Shown one piece after another: positions 50,294 to 59,187 of a DNA stretch of 64,000 nt. The stretch is from Candidatus Eiseniibacteriota bacterium (lineage in GTDB: Bacteria; Eisenbacteria; RBG-16-71-46): positions 32,001 to 96,000 of the forward strand of contig JBGAML010000004.1 of NCBI GenBank assembly GCA_044223005.1, in the 5' to 3' direction. The position numbers and the translations under genes were made by a program. Under the pieces are notes generated by a model. The model ran no database searches, was not told the DNA's origin, and saw nothing but the letters and a program-made list of their open reading frames with translations. How positions within the stretch are numbered: position 1 is the stretch's first letter; every line of letters begins with the position of its first letter.

Positions 50294-51754
50294 ATGTCCC
50301 GTTCCGCCCCCGTCGCGCGCGCTCTCGCGCCGGCGCTCACCGCCCTGCTGCTGCTGGCCGCCCGGCCGGCGGCCGCCGCCGACGTGCCGGACGCCATGCG
50401 CGACGCGGCCGCGCGCCTGACCACCGAGGCGCTGCGCTCGCGCGACGCCTACGACGGCCTGGGCGAACTCTGCGACCGCGTCGGCCACCGGCTCTCGGGC
50501 GAAGCGTCGCTCGACTCGGCGATCCGCTGGGCCGCCGACCGCATGCGCGCCGAGGGGCTCGAGAACGTGCACACCGAGCGCGTGATGGTGCCGGTGTGGG
50601 TGCGCGGCCGGGAGTCCGCCGAACTACTCGCGCCACGGAGCAAGCCGCTGCACGTGCTGGGCCTGGGCATGAGCGTCGGCACGCCGCGCAACGGCGTGAC
50701 GGCCGAGGTCGTCGTCGTGGACAGCTTCCCGCAGCTGGAACAGCTCGGCGAACGCGGCCTGCGGGGCCGAATCGTGCTCTACGACGTGCCGTTCAGGAGC
50801 TACGGCGAGACCGTCCGCTATCGCGGTGCCGGCGCTTCGCGCGCGGCGCGCTACGGCGCGGTCGCGGTGCTCGTGCGCTCGGTGACGCCCGTGAGCCTCG
50901 ACACGCCGCACACGGGCTCGCTGGGCTACGTGGATTCGCTCCCGAAGATCCCCGCCGCCGCGATCACGATCGAGGACGCGACGCTGCTCCACCGGCTGGC
51001 CGCGCGCGGCCTGCACCCGCGCATGCGGCTCGTCATGGAGGCGCACCGCCGGCCCGACGTGCCGTCCGCGAACGTGATCGGCGAGGTGACCGGGCGCGAG
51101 CAGCCACGCGAGATCGTGGCGATGGGCGGGCACATCGACTCGTGGGACGTGGGGCAGGGAGCGCAGGACGACGGCACTGGCATGATCGTGTCGATGGAAG
51201 CGGCGCACCTGGTCCAGAAGCTGGGCCTGCGGCCACGGCGCACGCTGCGCGTCGTGCTGTGGGTGAACGAGGAGAACGGCCTGCGCGGCGGCCGCGCCTA
51301 TCGCGATGCTCACCGCGCCGAACTCGCCGACCACGTCGCGGCGCTCGAATCGGACTCGGGCAACGGCCTGGTGCGCGGCTTCCAACTCGACCTGCGCCCG
51401 CGTCCCGCCGCGGGCGACACCGTGGCGCGCGACACCACCGGCCGCGCGGCCGCCGAGCGCGAACGCACCGACGCGCTCGCGCTGCTGCGCGCGCTGGCGC
51501 CGCTCGTCACGACGGCGGCGAACGGCACGCCGGAGATGAAGCCGGGTGGTGGCGGCGCCGACGTGGGCCCGCTCGCGGCGATGGGCGTGCCCGCGCTGGG
51601 GCTCGATCACGACGAGACGCACTACTTCGACGTGCATCACACGGACGCCGACACGTTCGACAAGATCGACCCCGAAGCGCTCGCGCGGAACGTGGCGTCG
51701 ATGGCGGTGATGGCGTGGGCGCTCGCGGAGTGGCCCGCGCGGCTGCGGCCCTGA
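50294..51754 (+). CDS. M28-family peptidase (carboxypeptidase Q-like, PA domain)
   Basis: GHRLSG, HIDSWD.GQGAQDD, NEENG, ESD and HHT.ADT motifs; signal peptide. Confidence 0.92.
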   Translation: MSRSAPVARALAPALTALLLLAARPAAAADVPDAMRDAAARLTTEALRSRDAYDGLGELCDRVGHRLSGEASLDSAIRWAADRMRAEGLENVHTERVMVPVWVRGRESAELLAPRSKPLHVLGLGMSVGTPRNGVTAEVVVVDSFPQLEQLGERGLRGRIVLYDVPFRSYGETVRYRGAGASRAARYGAVAVLVRSVTPVSLDTPHTGSLGYVDSLPKIPAAAITIEDATLLHRLAARGLHPRMRLVMEAHRRPDVPSANVIGEVTGREQPREIVAMGGHIDSWDVGQGAQDDGTGMIVSMEAAHLVQKLGLRPRRTLRVVLWVNEENGLRGGRAYRDAHRAELADHVAALESDSGNGLVRGFQLDLRPRPAAGDTVARDTTGRAAAERERTDALALLRALAPLVTTAANGTPEMKPGGGGADVGPLAAMGVPALGLDHDETHYFDVHHTDADTFDKIDPEALARNVASMAVMAWALAEWPARLRP

Positions 51755-51764
51755 AACGCCGGAA

Positions 51765-52297
51765 AATCGAAAGCCGCCGCTTTCGTCGCGAGATCGGCCG
51801 AGGGGTTTAGCCGCTGGCACGCGAGCGAAAGACGGCGGCGTTTCGAAGCTCCCCGTCATGACTTCCCACCCGAGGGGGAGTGGGACGCTGGTCGGGGATT
51901 CCGCCGCCGGGTCGCGACCGACCCAGCCGAGGGGGGCAGTGTCCAGTCGCGACGCCGACGGACAGCGTTGGCCGAGTCCTGCTCTCGTGTGCCTGGGAAT
52001 AGCGCGTCGCGAGGCGGGGCGCCGGCCGGATCGATGAAGCAGACCTCGGGCTCGGCGATGCGCGAGCGCAAAGTGGGGACGATTGGAAGTGATGAAGTCG
52101 TCTCCGTCCGGAATCCGGCACGTGTGCTTTCACGCCGAGGGGGGCGCGTCGACATCCGCGACGAGTTCCAGCGGTTCCAACTTCAGCGCCTCAATAGTCA
52201 CGCTCCGACCGAGGGGTGATCGAAGCAGCCCGAGGGGTGGCGCTGTCCTTCTATTCAGTTGTCCCATCTCGTCGCCGGTTCCGAGGCCGGCGACGTC
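51765..52297 (-). ncRNA. Candidate sigma54-dependent multi-hairpin sRNA with repeated CCCCUC loops
   Basis: Six CCCCTCGG copies, each at a hairpin apex. Stems use G-U pairs on the minus strand that are C-A mismatches on the plus strand. Sigma54 promoter upstream; long final stem followed by a U-rich tail. Confidence 0.7.
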
Positions 52298-52307
52298 GGG
52301 ATGACTG

Positions 52308-52324
52308 AGCAAGCGCCTTGCCAA
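52308..52324 (-). promoter_or_regulatory. Sigma54 (-24/-12) promoter
   Basis: TTGGCAAGGCGCTTGCT matches TGGCA-N6-TTGC(A/T) with exact GG-N10-GC spacing. Confidence 0.75.
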
Positions 52325-52534
52325 TCGCAATGCCGGGCGTGCCGAAGTGCCGGGAAGCACGGCGGATCGGAGTGCAAGCCGATCCCGGAACGCAGGTTAC
52401 GGAAATGGGCACCCGTCGCGCCCCGGGCAGGGTGCACGGCCCGGCGCAGGCCAGCGGGTGTGCGGCGGGCGGCCGGAATGCGTGCAGGCGGCACGGCGAC
52501 CGGCCGGATTCTTCCCGCCGGGGTCGCGGTGGGC

Positions 52535-53254
52535 TCAGCGCTCGCCGCGGACCTTGTAGCGGACGAGCCGGGTCTTGAGCCAGTTCACGCCGACCAGGTC
52601 GGCGAGCCCGCGCCAGAGCCGGTTGCCGACGCCGTACTTGCTCACGCCGTGCACGCGCGCGCGATGACGCAGTCGCACCTCGGCGAAGCGCGCACCGCGG
52701 AACACGCAGAGCGCGGGCAGGAACCGGTGCACGCCGACGAACATCGGCAGGTCCGCGAGCACCTCGCGCCGGTAGGCCTTGAACGAGCAGCCGATGTCGG
52801 TCACCGGATCGCCCAGCACCGCGCGACGGGTGGCGTTCGCGATCCGCGACGACACGAGCCGCACCCACGAGTCCTGTCGCTGGTCGCGGATCCCGGACAC
52901 GACGTCGGCGTTCTCGAGCGCCGCCAGCAGCCGCGGCAAGTCGGCCGGGTCGTTCTGCAGGTCGGCGTCCATCGTGACGACGATCTCGCCCCGCGCACGC
53001 ACCAGTCCCGCCGCCAGCGCCGCGCTCTGCCCCGCGTTCTTCTCCAGCACGAGCGACCGCAGTCGCGCATCCTTCGCCGCCTCACGCTCGAGCAGCTCGC
53101 GCGTGCCGTCGGTCGAACCATCGTCGACCATCACGAGCTCCCACGACCGCCCGGTCGCGTCGAGCGCGGCGCGCAGTTCGGCCAGCAGCGGCGGCAGGCT
53201 CTCGACCTCGTTGTAGGCGGGAACGACGGCGGAAATGTCCGGGCGGGTATCCAT
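52535..53254 (-). CDS. GT2 polyprenol-phosphate glycosyltransferase (DPM1/ArnC-like)
   Basis: VVPAYNE, DDGSTD, DADLQNDP and HRFLP motifs. Confidence 0.92.
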   Translation of the reverse strand: MDTRPDISAVVPAYNEVESLPPLLAELRAALDATGRSWELVMVDDGSTDGTRELLEREAAKDARLRSLVLEKNAGQSAALAAGLVRARGEIVVTMDADLQNDPADLPRLLAALENADVVSGIRDQRQDSWVRLVSSRIANATRRAVLGDPVTDIGCSFKAYRREVLADLPMFVGVHRFLPALCVFRGARFAEVRLRHRARVHGVSKYGVGNRLWRGLADLVGVNWLKTRLVRYKVRGER

Positions 53255-53635
53255 ACGGGCCGCGGAGCATGCCCGACGGCGCGCGATTGCGCCAGCGGGG
53301 CCCGCGCAACCACGAGCGTGTGAAGCGAAGCGACCGCCCAAGCCAAGCGAGCGCAGCGAGGCGAAGCGTCCCGCGCCAAGCACGCGGCTTGTCCGGGCGG
53401 TGGCCCAGGGCGCAGGCGAGTCCCGCGCACAGCCGGGGCGAGAGCGCGGGGATGGGACTCTCGGGCCGGGAAGGGAGCGACGGGTCCACGGCGAGCACGG
53501 GAGCTCGCCGGAGCCCTGGGCCACCGCCCGGGCGAGCCGAGTGCTACCGCGATACGCCGATACTCACGGGCGAACCGAGCGAGAAGCCACCCGAACCGTT
53601 GACGCCAACGCTCCGCATCGCGGAGACTGCCCGGA

Positions 53636-54319
53636 ATGCTCCGGCTCGCTGCGCTCCTCGAACGACTTTCGGAAGCCGTCCGACGCACCGGTGCCGTGCT
53701 CGCCGCGGCTGCCGAGCCCGCGCCGCGGCCCGTCCGCCGGCGCACGAGCCGCGCCACGCCCAAGCGCCGGCGCAAGCCCGCGCCGCGTGTGCTCGAGCAG
53801 CTCGCCATGGATCTCGGCCCCGAGCGGCCCCGCTGGACCTTCTCGCGGCTGATCGCCGGCTCGCCGCACCAGTCGCGCATCGTCGAGCACCTCGAGTTCG
53901 CGCGCCGGTTCTTCCCCGAGCTCGACGGGATCACGATCCACATCGGGCAGGCCAAGAAGCGCGGCGTGCTCGGCTGGGGTTCGCTCGATCCCGAGCGCCC
54001 CGGCATCTGGGTGCGGCCGCGGCAGCTCTACCTGTTCACCATCGCGCACGAGTTCACGCACCTGCTGCAGGCGCGCAACCTCGTGCCGCGCGGCGAGCGC
54101 CAGTGCGACCTGTTCGCGCTCGCGCGCACGCCGCTGCTGATCGACCACGCGCCCGGTTACCTCGCGTTGCCCATGGCGCTGCGCCGCGGGCGGCCCAACC
54201 CGCACGTCGCGCAGATGCTGTGCGATTGCGCGCGGGCGGCCATCGCCGCGCGCGAGGCCGGCGACCGCCGCTACCTGCAGCATTTCGAGCGCGAGGTCGC
54301 GGCCCGGTTCGCGCGATGA
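53636..54319 (+). CDS. Hypothetical protein with HExxH zincin-like motif
   Basis: TIAHEFTHLL followed by GERQCD. Confidence 0.7.
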   Translation: MLRLAALLERLSEAVRRTGAVLAAAAEPAPRPVRRRTSRATPKRRRKPAPRVLEQLAMDLGPERPRWTFSRLIAGSPHQSRIVEHLEFARRFFPELDGITIHIGQAKKRGVLGWGSLDPERPGIWVRPRQLYLFTIAHEFTHLLQARNLVPRGERQCDLFALARTPLLIDHAPGYLALPMALRRGRPNPHVAQMLCDCARAAIAAREAGDRRYLQHFEREVAARFAR

Positions 54320-54329
54320 GGGCGCGGGC

Positions 54330-54722
54330 GTGAAGCGCATCCGCGTCGTCGCGGCCGTGGTCTGGGACGGGCCGAAGCTGCTCATGACGCAGCGGCCGCC
54401 CGGCGGGCCGATCGGGCTGCAGTGGGAGTTCCCCGGCGGCAAGATCGAGCCCGGCGAGACGCCCGAGGCCGCGCTCGTGCGCGAGATCCGCGAGGAGCTC
54501 GGTGTGGACTCGGTCGCGTACGAGACGCTGGCCACGCACGCGCACGACTACGCGCACGGCGTGCACGTGGACGTGGTCTTCATTCGGTGTACGCTCGCGT
54601 CGTTCGCGTTCGTTCCCACCGAGGCGGTGCACGCCTGGCGCTGGATCGAACCACGGCTGCTGGACGTGAGCGACGTACTGGAAGGCGACCGCGCGTTCCT
54701 GCGCGGCCTGGGCGCGCCCTGA
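54330..54722 (+). CDS. mutT: MutT/NudG-like NUDIX pyrophosphohydrolase
   Basis: WEFPGGKIEPGETPEAALVREIREELG motif. Confidence 0.88.
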   Translation: MKRIRVVAAVVWDGPKLLMTQRPPGGPIGLQWEFPGGKIEPGETPEAALVREIREELGVDSVAYETLATHAHDYAHGVHVDVVFIRCTLASFAFVPTEAVHAWRWIEPRLLDVSDVLEGDRAFLRGLGAP

Positions 54723-54747
54723 GCGCGGCCCGTTCGAGGAGGAGACG

Positions 54748-54900
54748 ATGCCGCTTCCGCAGATGCTCAAGTTCCTCTACCCGGGGTGGTGGCTCGTCCA
54801 CGTCGCCGCGGTGTGGATCGCGTACCGCTACGGCTACACGCGCGGCAAGGGCGACGCCCGCCGCGAACAGCGCGTGAAGGACCTCGCCGCGGGGAAGTGA
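54748..54900 (+). CDS. 50-aa small membrane protein (absent from the ORF track)
   Basis: GAGGAGGAG RBS; MPLPQMLKFLYPGWWLVHVAAVWIAYRYGYTRGKGDARREQRVKDLAAGK; fills the gap exactly. Confidence 0.7.
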   Translation: MPLPQMLKFLYPGWWLVHVAAVWIAYRYGYTRGKGDARREQRVKDLAAGK

Positions 54901-54901
54901 C

Positions 54902-55471
54902 TCAGGCGGACGCGGCCGCGCGCACGCGTTCGCGGCCCAGCGCCGCGAGCAGCGCGCGCACGATCGTGGCGGGCTCGGGCGGGCAGCCGGGGATCCGCAC
55001 GTCGATCGGCGCGATCTCGCCGCCGCCGCGGTGCACCGCGAACGATTCCGCGCAGAAGCCGCCGTCGCACGCGCAGTCGCCGACCGCGATCAGCAGCCGC
55101 GGGCGCGGCGTCGCTTCGTCGGTGAGCCGCACGGCCTCCTCGAGGTGCCGCGTGACCGGGCCCGTCAGCAGCAGCCCGTCGGCATGGCGCGGCGAGGCGA
55201 CGAGGTCGATCCCGAAGCGCTGCACGTCGTAGAAGGGCCCGAGCAGCGCCTGCAGCTCGGTCTCGCACGCGTTGCACGAGCCGGCGTCGAGGTGGCGCAG
55301 CTTGAGCGAGCCCGCGAACAGCCGCCGCACCTCCACGCGCAGCGCCTCGCCCAGCACCTCGATCTCGCCCGCATCCGCGCGCGGCGCGGGCTCGAGGCCC
55401 GCCGGCAGCGGCGCAGCGTCCTGGCCGGCGAGCGAGCCGCGACGCAGGGCGCGCAGGATCGGGTCCCACAT
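54902..55471 (-). CDS. hyfI: Group 4 hydrogenase/Ehr small subunit (NuoB/HyfI-like)
   Basis: DAGSCNACE, SPRHAD, AVGDCA and IPGCPP motifs. Confidence 0.9.
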   Translation of the reverse strand: MWDPILRALRRGSLAGQDAAPLPAGLEPAPRADAGEIEVLGEALRVEVRRLFAGSLKLRHLDAGSCNACETELQALLGPFYDVQRFGIDLVASPRHADGLLLTGPVTRHLEEAVRLTDEATPRPRLLIAVGDCACDGGFCAESFAVHRGGGEIAPIDVRIPGCPPEPATIVRALLAALGRERVRAAASA

Positions 55472-55554
55472 GGGCGAGCTCCTTCCGTGGACGGGGCGGA
55501 CGTGAGGTGCGTCCGCATCGTCGCGCGGCTCGCGCGCCGGCGCAAGGCCGGGGC

Positions 55555-56079
55555 TCAGTGCCGCACGTAGGCGCCCGCGAAGTGCACGATCGAGAACGCG
55601 GCCACCACCAGCTCGATCCCGAGCGCCGCGACCCACCGGCGGCGCGAACCGCGATCGGGCGTGAGCACGGCGAAGATGCCGAATGCCAGCGTCCAGAGCG
55701 GGAATCCCAGCATGTGCGCGAGCGCGAACAGGCTGCCGAGCGCGCCCGGGCCGTCGTTCGGGTACGCGCCGAACGTGAAGACCAGCGCCGCCACCAGCCC
55801 GGCCGCGGCGAACGCGACCGCCACGCCGGAGAGCGTGCGCCAGAGCGGCGCGTACGGCCGCAGGAACACGAGTGCGGCGATCGTCGGCAGCAGCGCGGTG
55901 AACCCGAACACGGCCACGGCGGCCAGCAGCTGGCCGAAGCCGTACATGCCGCTCGAAGCATCCCGCACCGCGGCGGGAATGCTCCGGTCGTACGCCCAGC
56001 CCGCCAGCAGTCCCGCGGCGAGCGCGGCGGCGTAGCCACCGGCGACGACACCCCATTTCTGCGTTCGCGTCACGGCCAC
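55555..56079 (-). CDS. Hypothetical multi-pass membrane protein
   Basis: About five hydrophobic helices; SSGMYGFG; lies inside the hyf-like operon. Confidence 0.75.
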   Translation of the reverse strand: MAVTRTQKWGVVAGGYAAALAAGLLAGWAYDRSIPAAVRDASSGMYGFGQLLAAVAVFGFTALLPTIAALVFLRPYAPLWRTLSGVAVAFAAAGLVAALVFTFGAYPNDGPGALGSLFALAHMLGFPLWTLAFGIFAVLTPDRGSRRRWVAALGIELVVAAFSIVHFAGAYVRH

Positions 56080-56109
56080 CTCCCGGGCGCCCGGGACGGG
56101 CCGCCCGAC

Positions 56110-57717
56110 CTACTTATCGGTGCACGCGTAGCAGAGGTTGAAGCTCTTGTTGATGAGCGGGAAGTCGGGGACGATGTTGCCGGGAACCGCCAGCGCCAGC
56201 GCCGGCCAGAGGGCGTGCGAGGCCGAGCGCACGCGCCATTCGCCGATCGTGCCCCGCTCGTCGGCGCGCAGCCAGTGCACGTGCAGCCCGCGGGGCGATT
56301 CGACCACGCCGCTGCCCCAGCGGCCGGGGGGCAGCTCGCCCAGGTGCTGCGCGAGCGGTCCGCCGGGCAGGCGCAGGATCATCTGGTCGACCAGGTTGAG
56401 CGACTCCTGGATCTCGTCGGCCCGCAGCTCGAAACGCGCCTGCACGTCGCCCGCGGAACGCGTCACGACCTGGAAGTCGAGATCGCGGTAGAACGCGAAC
56501 GGGTGGTCCTTGCGGCCGTCGCGCGCGATGCCGCAAGCGCGCGCGGCCACGCCGGTGACGCCGAGGTCGCGGGCCACCTCGGGCGTCAGGACGCCCGTGC
56601 CCACCATGCGGTCGAGCACCGCCGGGTTGTCGAGCGCGGCGCGCACGGCGCGCGGCACCTCGACGCGCAGTTCGCCGAGCACGCGCCGCAGCCAGAGCTG
56701 CTGCGCGTCGTCGAGGTCGCGCTGCACGCCGCCGGGTACGATCACGCCGCGCAGGAAGCGGTGGCCGAACAGCCTCCCGCACACCGCGCGCAGGGTTTCG
56801 TGCATGCGCAGGAAGTCGGCGGCGCCGGTCACCCACGCGACGTCGTTGACGATCCCCGCCATGTCGTTCAGGTGGTTCGCGATCCGTTCGAGCTCGGCCG
56901 CGAGCGAGCGGATCGCGCGGGCGCGCGGAGGCACCGTCACGCCCGCCAGCTCCTCGGCCGCGTGGCAGAACGCGAGCGCGTGCGCCAGCGCGCACGTGCC
57001 GCAGAGCCGCTCGGCGAGCTCGAGGCCGCGCGTCAGCGACGCGCCCTCGGCGAGCTTCTCGAGCCCGCGCCACGTCCAGCCGAGCCTCACGTCGAGGTTG
57101 AGCACGGCCTCGCCCACCGTGGAGAAGCGGAAATGCCCGGGCTCGATCACACCTGCGTGAATCGGGCCGACCGGGATCTCGAACACGCCCTCGCCTTCGA
57201 CGTGCGAGCAGGTGAAGCGCGGCGCCCAGTCGACGCCCTCGGGCAGCACGAAGTCCTTCCGCAACGGATGCATGCCCGCCGGCCAGCCGGCGTGCGCGAC
57301 GAGCGGACGCGGGTCGGGATGCCCGGTCGGCTCGACGCCGAGCATGTCGTGCAGCTCGCGCTCGAGCCAGTTGGCCGCGGGCACGACGGGCGAGAGCGCG
57401 CGATAGGCCGGCACGAGCTCCGGCACCGCGGCGACGAGCGTGACGATCGCGTCCTCCGGCGCCATCGAGAACATGGCGTGGATCCGGAAGCGCCCGTGCG
57501 TCTCGCGTTCGTCGAGGCCGAAGAGCGCGATCAGCATGCCGCCCCACTCGCCGGTGAGCGCGCCCGCGACGTCCGCGAGCCGGTCGGCGGGCACCACGAC
57601 GGTGCGCTCGCGCAGGCTCGTGCGGTCGGCGTCCATCACCGCGTCGGCGAAGCGCTCGCGGATGCCGCGCAGCGCACGATCGAGCGGGAACAGGTCGCCC
57701 GAGGGACCGGCGCTCAC
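56110..57717 (-). CDS. hyfG: Group 4 hydrogenase/Ehr large subunit (NuoC-D fusion, HyfG-like)
   Basis: ERELHDMLG..GHPD, GPIHAGVIEPGHFRF, ERLCGTC..H, ESPRG and DFPLINKSFNLCYAC motifs. Confidence 0.9.
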   Translation of the reverse strand: MSAGPSGDLFPLDRALRGIRERFADAVMDADRTSLRERTVVVPADRLADVAGALTGEWGGMLIALFGLDERETHGRFRIHAMFSMAPEDAIVTLVAAVPELVPAYRALSPVVPAANWLERELHDMLGVEPTGHPDPRPLVAHAGWPAGMHPLRKDFVLPEGVDWAPRFTCSHVEGEGVFEIPVGPIHAGVIEPGHFRFSTVGEAVLNLDVRLGWTWRGLEKLAEGASLTRGLELAERLCGTCALAHALAFCHAAEELAGVTVPPRARAIRSLAAELERIANHLNDMAGIVNDVAWVTGAADFLRMHETLRAVCGRLFGHRFLRGVIVPGGVQRDLDDAQQLWLRRVLGELRVEVPRAVRAALDNPAVLDRMVGTGVLTPEVARDLGVTGVAARACGIARDGRKDHPFAFYRDLDFQVVTRSAGDVQARFELRADEIQESLNLVDQMILRLPGGPLAQHLGELPPGRWGSGVVESPRGLHVHWLRADERGTIGEWRVRSASHALWPALALAVPGNIVPDFPLINKSFNLCYACTDK

Positions 57718-59180
57718 GGCAGCACCACCTTCGCGGCCTGCTCCACGAGCGCGCGCACGGGCGCGGGGAGCCAGAGGCCGAAGAGGACGAGGACGGCAAG
57801 CAGCGCCCAGAGCGGGCGGTGCGAGGTGGCCGGCATGCGGTCGTTGCAGCGCGCGCGGCGCGCGCCGAGCGCGACGCGCGTCCAGTGGAACGAGAGCCCG
57901 ACGAACACGATCGCGAACACGGCCAGCGCCGTGATGGCGGCGGCCCGCCGCGGCGAGCCGAGGCCGCCCGCGAGCGTCAGCCACTCCGACACGAACGTGC
58001 CCGACGGCGGCAGGCCGGCGAGCCCGAGCCCGGCGCCCACGAACAGGGTGCCGATCGCGGGGCTCGCGGCGAGCGTGCCGCCCCACTGGTCCATGCGCCG
58101 CGATTCGTTCGCCCGCCCGATCGTGCCGCCGGCGAGGAAGGCGAGCGCCTTGGCGAGCGACTGCATCAGCAGGTGCAGCATGCCGCCGAACACCGCGAGC
58201 GGCGTGCCGATCCCGATCGCGAGCGTGACGAAGCCCGCGTGCTCGATGCTCGAATAGGCGAGCAGGCGCTTGTACTCGCCCTGCACCAGGATGAACGGCA
58301 CGGCGACCAGCATGGACAGCACGCCGAACAGGGTGAGCAGGCCGCCCGACCACTGCGGGCCGACGCACGCGGCCGTGACGGCGTGGAAGCGCATGAGCGC
58401 GGTGAGCGTCGTCGCGAGCAGGCCCGTGGACATGAGCGCGGCCGCAGGCGCGGGGGCCTGCGTGTACGCGTCGGGCAGCCACGAGTGCACGGGCGCGAGG
58501 CCGGCCTTGGCGCCGTAGCCGACGAACGCGAACAGGAACGCGAGCTTCACGAAGCGCGGGTCGAGCCGCGGCGCGACGTCGCGCAGCGCGGTCCAGTGCA
58601 GCCCCATGCCGCTCTCGCCGAACACCGGCACCGCGGAGTAGTAGAGGAGCACCGTCGCGAACAGCGCGAGCGTGATGCCCACCGAGCAGAGCAGCAGGTA
58701 CTTCCAGCCGGCTTCCACGGCGCCGGGGCGGCGGTAGTAGCCCACGAGCAGGGCGGACGCCAGCGTGCCGCCCTCGATCGCGATCCACATCAGCCCGAGA
58801 TTGTTGGCGAGCGTCGCGAGCAGCATGCACGCGACCATGACGAGGTAGAGCGCCTCGTAACGGCCCGCCGGCCAGCGCGCGTCCGCGTGCTCGTGCGTGA
58901 CGACCATGCGCATGTAGTCGACCCCGTACGCCCCGCACGCCAGAGCGACGCCGGACACGATGCACGCCACGAGCGCCGACAGCGCGTCCGCCTGCAGCCA
59001 GCCGCCCGCCGTCTCCACCGGCCCACCGCGCACGACGCGCGCGGCCAGCGCCAGCGAGAGCGCGAAGGCCAGGGCGCAGCCTCCCACGAGCGCGCGCGTG
59101 GTCGCGCGGCCGCCGCCGCGCAGGAGCGCGACCAGCGCCGCGGCCGGGGCGACGAGCAGGAGCGGGAGGATCCAGGGCAC
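57714..59180 (-). CDS. hyfF: HyfF-like antiporter-type membrane subunit
   Basis: WIAIE, EAGWKY, KAGLAPVHSWLPDA and KRLLAYSSIEH motifs. Confidence 0.9.
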   Translation of the reverse strand: MPWILPLLLVAPAAALVALLRGGGRATTRALVGGCALAFALSLALAARVVRGGPVETAGGWLQADALSALVACIVSGVALACGAYGVDYMRMVVTHEHADARWPAGRYEALYLVMVACMLLATLANNLGLMWIAIEGGTLASALLVGYYRRPGAVEAGWKYLLLCSVGITLALFATVLLYYSAVPVFGESGMGLHWTALRDVAPRLDPRFVKLAFLFAFVGYGAKAGLAPVHSWLPDAYTQAPAPAAALMSTGLLATTLTALMRFHAVTAACVGPQWSGGLLTLFGVLSMLVAVPFILVQGEYKRLLAYSSIEHAGFVTLAIGIGTPLAVFGGMLHLLMQSLAKALAFLAGGTIGRANESRRMDQWGGTLAASPAIGTLFVGAGLGLAGLPPSGTFVSEWLTLAGGLGSPRRAAAITALAVFAIVFVGLSFHWTRVALGARRARCNDRMPATSHRPLWALLAVLVLFGLWLPAPVRALVEQAAKVVLP

Positions 59181-59187
59181 GGGCGTC

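Noticed and set aside
51798..52237. Reading the CCGAGGGG repeats as a CRISPR array or tandem repeat
   Set aside because: The repeat is only 8 nt, spacing is irregular (21-208 nt), the flanks are self-complementary stems rather than spacers, and there are no cas genes.
51807..52360. Short ORFs across the candidate sRNA (52130..52360, 51807..52133, 51856..52155, 51968..52219)
   Set aside because: No convincing RBS, atypical codon usage and no recognisable domain. The recurring PLG/PPR peptides simply reflect the nucleotide motif. A small dual-function peptide cannot be fully excluded.
53300..53400. GCGAAGCGA / GCGAGCGCAGCGAG-rich tract resembling a REP or MITE
   Set aside because: Single copy in the window with no terminal repeats or target duplication, so it cannot be supported without a genome-wide search.
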